Below, one piece after another: positions 58,847 to 64,000 of a stretch of 64,000 bases of DNA. Numbering within the stretch: position 1 is the first letter of the stretch; each line of letters begins with the position of its first letter. The position numbers and the translations under genes are program-made. Origin of the DNA: Veleropilina oligotropha (Eukaryota); contig JBEUKZ010000071.1 of the NCBI GenBank assembly GCA_048128005.1, forward strand, positions 496,001 through 560,000, read 5' to 3'. Below the pieces are notes generated by a model that was not told where the DNA came from, searched no databases, and saw nothing but the letters and a program-made list of their open reading frames with translations.

Positions 58847-61800
58847 CGGATCGTCTCTCAATACACTCACCTGACGGCTCTGATTAACAGGATCGCATTC
58901 ACTCACCAGACGGCGGATCGTCTCTCAATTCACTCACCTGACGGCTCTGATTAACAGGATCGCATTCACTCACCAGACGGCGGGTCATCTCTCAATTCAC
59001 TCACCAGACAGCTCTGATTAACAGGATCGCATTCACTCACCAGACGGCGGATCGTCTCTCAATTCACTCACCAGACGGCTCTGATTAACAGGATCGCATT
59101 CACTCACCAGACGGCGGATCGTCTCTCAATTCACTCACCAGACAGCTCTGATTAACAGGATCGCATTCACTCACCAGACGGCGGGTCATCTCTCAATTCA
59201 CTCACCAGACGGCTCTGATTAACAGGATCGCATTCACTCACCAGACGGCTCTGATTAACAGGATCGCATTCACTCACCAGACGGCTCTGATTAACAGGAT
59301 CGCATTCACTAACCAGACGGCTCTGATTAACAGGATCGCATTCACTCACCAGACGGCGGATCGTCTCTCAATTCACTCACCAGACGGCTCTGATTAACAG
59401 GATCGCATTCACTCACCAGACGGCGGGTCATCTCTCAATTCACTCACCAGACGGCTCTGATTAACAGGATCGCATTCACTCACCAGACGGCGGGTCATCT
59501 CTCAATTCACTCACCAGACGGCTCTGATTAACAGGATCGCATTCACTCACCAGACGGCTCTGATTAACAGGATCGCATTTACTCACCTGACGGCGGATCG
59601 TCTCTCAATTCACTCACCAGACGGCTCTGATTAACAGGATCGCATTTACTCACCTGACGGCGGATCGTCTCTCAATTCACTCACCAGACGGCTCTGATTA
59701 ACAGGATCGCATTCACTCACCTGACGGCTCTGATTAACAGGATCGCATTCACTCACCAGACGGCTCTGATTAACAGGATCGCATTCACTCACCAGACGGC
59801 TCTGATTAACAGGATCGCATTCACTCACCAGACGGCTCTGATTAACAGGATCGCATTCACTCACCTGACGGCTCTGATTAACAGGATCGCATTCACTCAC
59901 CAGACGGCTCTGATTAACAGGATCGCATTCACTCACCAGATGGCGCTGATTAACAGGATCGCATTCACTCACCAGACGGCTCTGATTAACAGGATCGCAT
60001 TCACTCACCAGACGGCTCTGATTAACAGGATCGCATTCACTCACCAGACGGCTCTGATTAACAGGATCGCATTCACTCACCAGACGGCTCTGATTAACAG
60101 GATCGCATTCACTCACCAGACGGCTCTGATTAACAGGATCGCATTCACTCACCAGACGGCGGATTGTCTCAAAATTCACTCACCAGACGGCTCTGATTAA
60201 CAGGATCGCATTCACTCACCAGACGGCGGATCGTCTCTAATTCACTCACCAGACGGCTCTGATTAACAGGATCGCATTCACTCACCAGACGGCGGATCGT
60301 CTCTCAATTCACTCACCAGACGGCTCTGATTAACAGGATCGCATTCACTCACCAGACGGCTCTGATTAACAGGATCGCATTCACTCACCAGACGGCGGAT
60401 CGTCTCTTAATTCACTCACCTGACGGCTCTGATTAACAGGATCGCATTCACTCACCAGACGGCGGATCGTCTCTCAATTCACTCACCAGACGGCTCTGAA
60501 TAACAGGATCGCATTCACTCACCAGACGGCTCTGATTAACAGGATCGCATTCACTCACCAGACGGCTCTGATTAACAGGATCGCATTCACTCACCAGACG
60601 GCGGATCGTCTCTCAATTCACTCACCAGACAGCTCTGATTAACAGGATCGCATTCACTCACCAGACGGCGGATCGTCTCTCAATTCACTCACCAGACGGC
60701 TCTGATTAACAGGATCGCATTCACTCACCAGACGGCGGATCGTCTCTCAATTCACTCACCAGACGGCTCTGATTAACAGGATCGCATTCACTCACCAGAC
60801 GGCTCTGATTAACAGGATCGCATTCACTCACCAGACGGCGGATCGTCTCTCAATTCACTCACCAGACGGCTCTGATTAACAGGATCGCATTCACTCACCA
60901 GACGGCGGGTCATCTCTCAATTCACTCACCAGACGGCTCTGATTAACAGGATCGCATTCACTCACCAGACGGCGGGTCATCTCTCAATTCACTCACCAGA
61001 CGGCTCTGATTAACAGGATCGCATTCACTCACCAGACGGCGGATCGTCTCTCAATTCACTCACCAGACGGCTCTGATTAACAGGATCGCATTCACTCACC
61101 AGACGGCGGGTCATCTCTCAATTCACTCACCAGACGGCTCTGATTAACAGGATCGCATTCACTCACCAGACGGCTCTGATTAACAGGATCGCATTCACTC
61201 ACCAGACGGCTCTGATTAACAGGATCGCATTCACTAACCAGACGGCTCTGATTAACAGGATCGCATTCACTCACCAGACGGCTCTGATTAACAGGATCGC
61301 ATTCACTCACCAGACGGCGGATCGTCTCTCAATTCACTCACCAGACGGCTCTGATTAACAGGATCGCATTTACTCACCTGACGGCGGATCGTCTCTCAAT
61401 TCACTCACCAGACGGCTCTGATTAACAGGATCGCATTCACTCACCTGACGGCTCTGATTAACAGCATCGCATTCACTCACCAGACGGCGGATCGTCTCTC
61501 AATTCACTCACCAGACAGCTCTGATTAACAGGATCGCATTCACTCACCAGACGGCTCTGATTAACAGGATCGCATTCACTAACCAGACGGCTCTGATTAA
61601 CAGGATCGCATTCACTCACCAGACGGCGGATCGTCTCTCAATTCACTCACCAGACAGCTCTGATTAACAGGATCGCATTCACTCACCAGACGGCGGATCG
61701 TCTCTCAAAATCACTCACCAGACGGCTCTGATTAACAGGATCGCATTCACTCACCAGACGGCGGATCGTCTCTCAATTCACTCACCAGACGGCGGATCGT

Positions 61801-64000
61801 CTCTCAATTCACTCACCAGACGGCTCTGATTAACAGGATCGCATTTACTCACCTGACGGCGGATCGTCTCTCAATTCACTCACCAGACGGCGGATCGTCT
61901 CTCAATTCACTCACCAGACGGCTCTGATTAACAGGATCGCATTTACTCACCTGACGGCGGATCGTCTCTCAATTCACTCACCAGACGGCGGATCGTCTCT
62001 CAATTCACTCACCAGACGGCTCTGATTAACAGGATCGCATTTACTCACCTGACGGCGGATCGTCTCTCAATTCACTCACCAGACGGCTCTGATTAACAGG
62101 ATCGCATTTACTCACCTGACGGCGGATCGTCTCTCAATTCACTCACCAGACGGCTCTGATTAACAGGATCGCATTCACTCACCAGACGGCTCTGATTAAC
62201 AGGATCGCATTTACTCACCAGACGGCTCTGATTAACAGGATCGCATTCACTCACCAGACGGCTCTGATTAACAGGATCGCATTTACTCACCTGACGGCGG
62301 ATCGTCTCTCAATTCACTCACCAGACGGCTCTGATTAACAGGATCGCATTCACTCACCAGACGGCTCTGATTAACAGGATCGCATTCACTCACCAGACGG
62401 CTCTGATTAACAGGATCGCATTCACTCACCAGACGGCTCTGATTAACAGGATCGCATTCACTCACCTGACGGCTCTGATTAACAGGATCGCATTCACTCA
62501 CCAGACGGCTCTGATTAACAGGATCGCATTCACTCACCTGACGGCTCTGATTAACAGGATCGCATTCACTCACCAGACGGCTCTGATTAACAGGATCGCA
62601 TTCACTCACCTGACGGCTCTGATTAACAGGATCGCATTCACTCACCAGACGGCTCTGATTAACAGGATCGCATTCACTCACCTGACGGCTCTGATTAACA
62701 GGATCGCATTCACTCACCAGACGGCTCTGATTAACAGGATCGCATTCACTCACCAGACGGCGGGTCATCTCTCAATTCACTCACCAGACGGCTCTGATTA
62801 ACAGGATCGCATTCACTCACCAGACGGCTCTGATTAACAGGATCGCATTCACTCACCAGACGGCGGATCGTCTCTCAATTCACTCACCAGACGGCTCTGA
62901 TTAACAGGATCGCATTCACTCACCAGACGGCGGATCGTCTCTCAATTCACTCACCAGACGGCTCTGATTAACAGGATCGCATTCACTCACCAGACGGCGG
63001 ATCGTCTCTCAATTCACTCACCAGACAGCTCTGATTAACAGGATCGCATTCACTCACCAGACGGCGGATCGTCTCTCAATACACTCACCAGACGGCTCTG
63101 ATTAACAGGATCGCATTCACTCACCTGACGGCGGATCGTCTCTAATTCACTCACCAGACGGCTCTGATTAACAGGATCGCATACACTCACCAGACGGCGG
63201 GTCATCTCTCAATTCACTCACCAGACGGCTCTGATTAACAGGATCGCATTCACTCACCAGACGGCGGGTCATCTCTCAATTCACTCACCAGACGGCTCTG
63301 ATTAACAGGATCGCATTCACTCACCTGACGGCTCTGATTAACAGGATCGCATTCACTCACCAGACGGCTCTGATTAACAGGATCGCATTCACTCACCAGA
63401 CGGCGGATCGTCTCTCAATTCACTCACCAGACGGCTCTGATTAACAGGATCGCATTCACTCACCAGACGGCTCTGATTAACAGGATCGCATTCACTCACC
63501 AGACGGCTCTGATTAACAGGATCGCATTCACTCACCAGACGGCTCTGATTAACAGGATCGCATTCACTCACCAGACGGCTCTGATTAACAGGATCGCATT
63601 CACTCACCAGACGGCTCTGATTAACAGGATCGCATTCACTCACCAGACGGCTCTGATTAACAGGATCGCATTCACTCACCAGACGGCTCTGATTAACAGG
63701 ATCGCATTCACTCACCAGACGGCGGATCGTCTCTCAATTCACTCACCAGACAGCTCTGATTAACAGGATCGCATTCACTCACCAGACGGCGGATCGTCTC
63801 TCAATTCACTCACCAGACGGCTCTGATTAACAGGATCGCATTCACTCACCAGACGGCGGATCGTCTCTCAATTCACTCACCAGACAGCTCTGATTAACAG
63901 GATCGCATTCACTCACCAGACGGCGGATCGTCTCTCAATACACTCACCAGACGGCTCTGATTAACAGGATCGCATTCACTCACCTGACGGCGGATCGTCT
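58847..64000. repeat. Two-monomer satellite (36-bp and 31-bp units sharing CACTCACCAGACGGC), inside a UBA2 intron; runs off the window end
   Basis: A = CACTCACCAGACGGCTCTGATTAACAGGATCGCATT, B = CACTCACCAGACGGCGGATCGTCTCTCAATT, irregularly interspersed. Confidence 0.97.

Noticed and set aside
59167..63715. Repetitive ORFs (SECDPVNQSRLV)n
   Set aside because: They result from a 36-bp stop-free satellite unit and are broken wherever the 31-bp unit occurs.

Overview
AT-rich, intron-containing animal DNA. The repeat types suggest a marine invertebrate, probably a lophotrochozoan, but the species cannot be determined from the sequence. Two host genes lie tail-to-tail: the last six coding exons of DGAT1 (+, 12216-35888) and the last eight coding exons of UBA2/SAE2 (-, 51004-58632). 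The main finding is a complete 15.3-kb GC-rich endogenous Polinton/Maverick-like virus (13279-28626) inside a DGAT1 intron. It has ~195-bp TIRs, AGCAGCAG...CTGCTGCT termini and a 5-bp TSD (CGTGT). It encodes an RVE integrase, an A32-like packaging ATPase, and probable major and minor capsid proteins. It also encodes an unusual 1301-aa replicase that joins a HEH/Rho-N-like N-terminus, a possible OTU-like segment, a divergent family-B polymerase palm, an SF1B helicase and an HNH nuclease. Several membrane proteins are present, one carrying adjacent PSAP and LYPxL ESCRT late-domain motifs, plus a secreted Cys-rich cargo gene; no separate adenain-type protease is visible. Other content: two CR1/L2-group LINEs, two Tc1 elements, SINEs/MITEs/HINE-like repeats, an 8.4-kb 32-bp satellite that flips orientation mid-array, a six-fold tandem duplication of a DGAT1 splice acceptor, and a two-monomer satellite rich in splice-donor motifs inside a UBA2 intron. 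All protein-family calls come from motifs recognised by eye; no searches were run.
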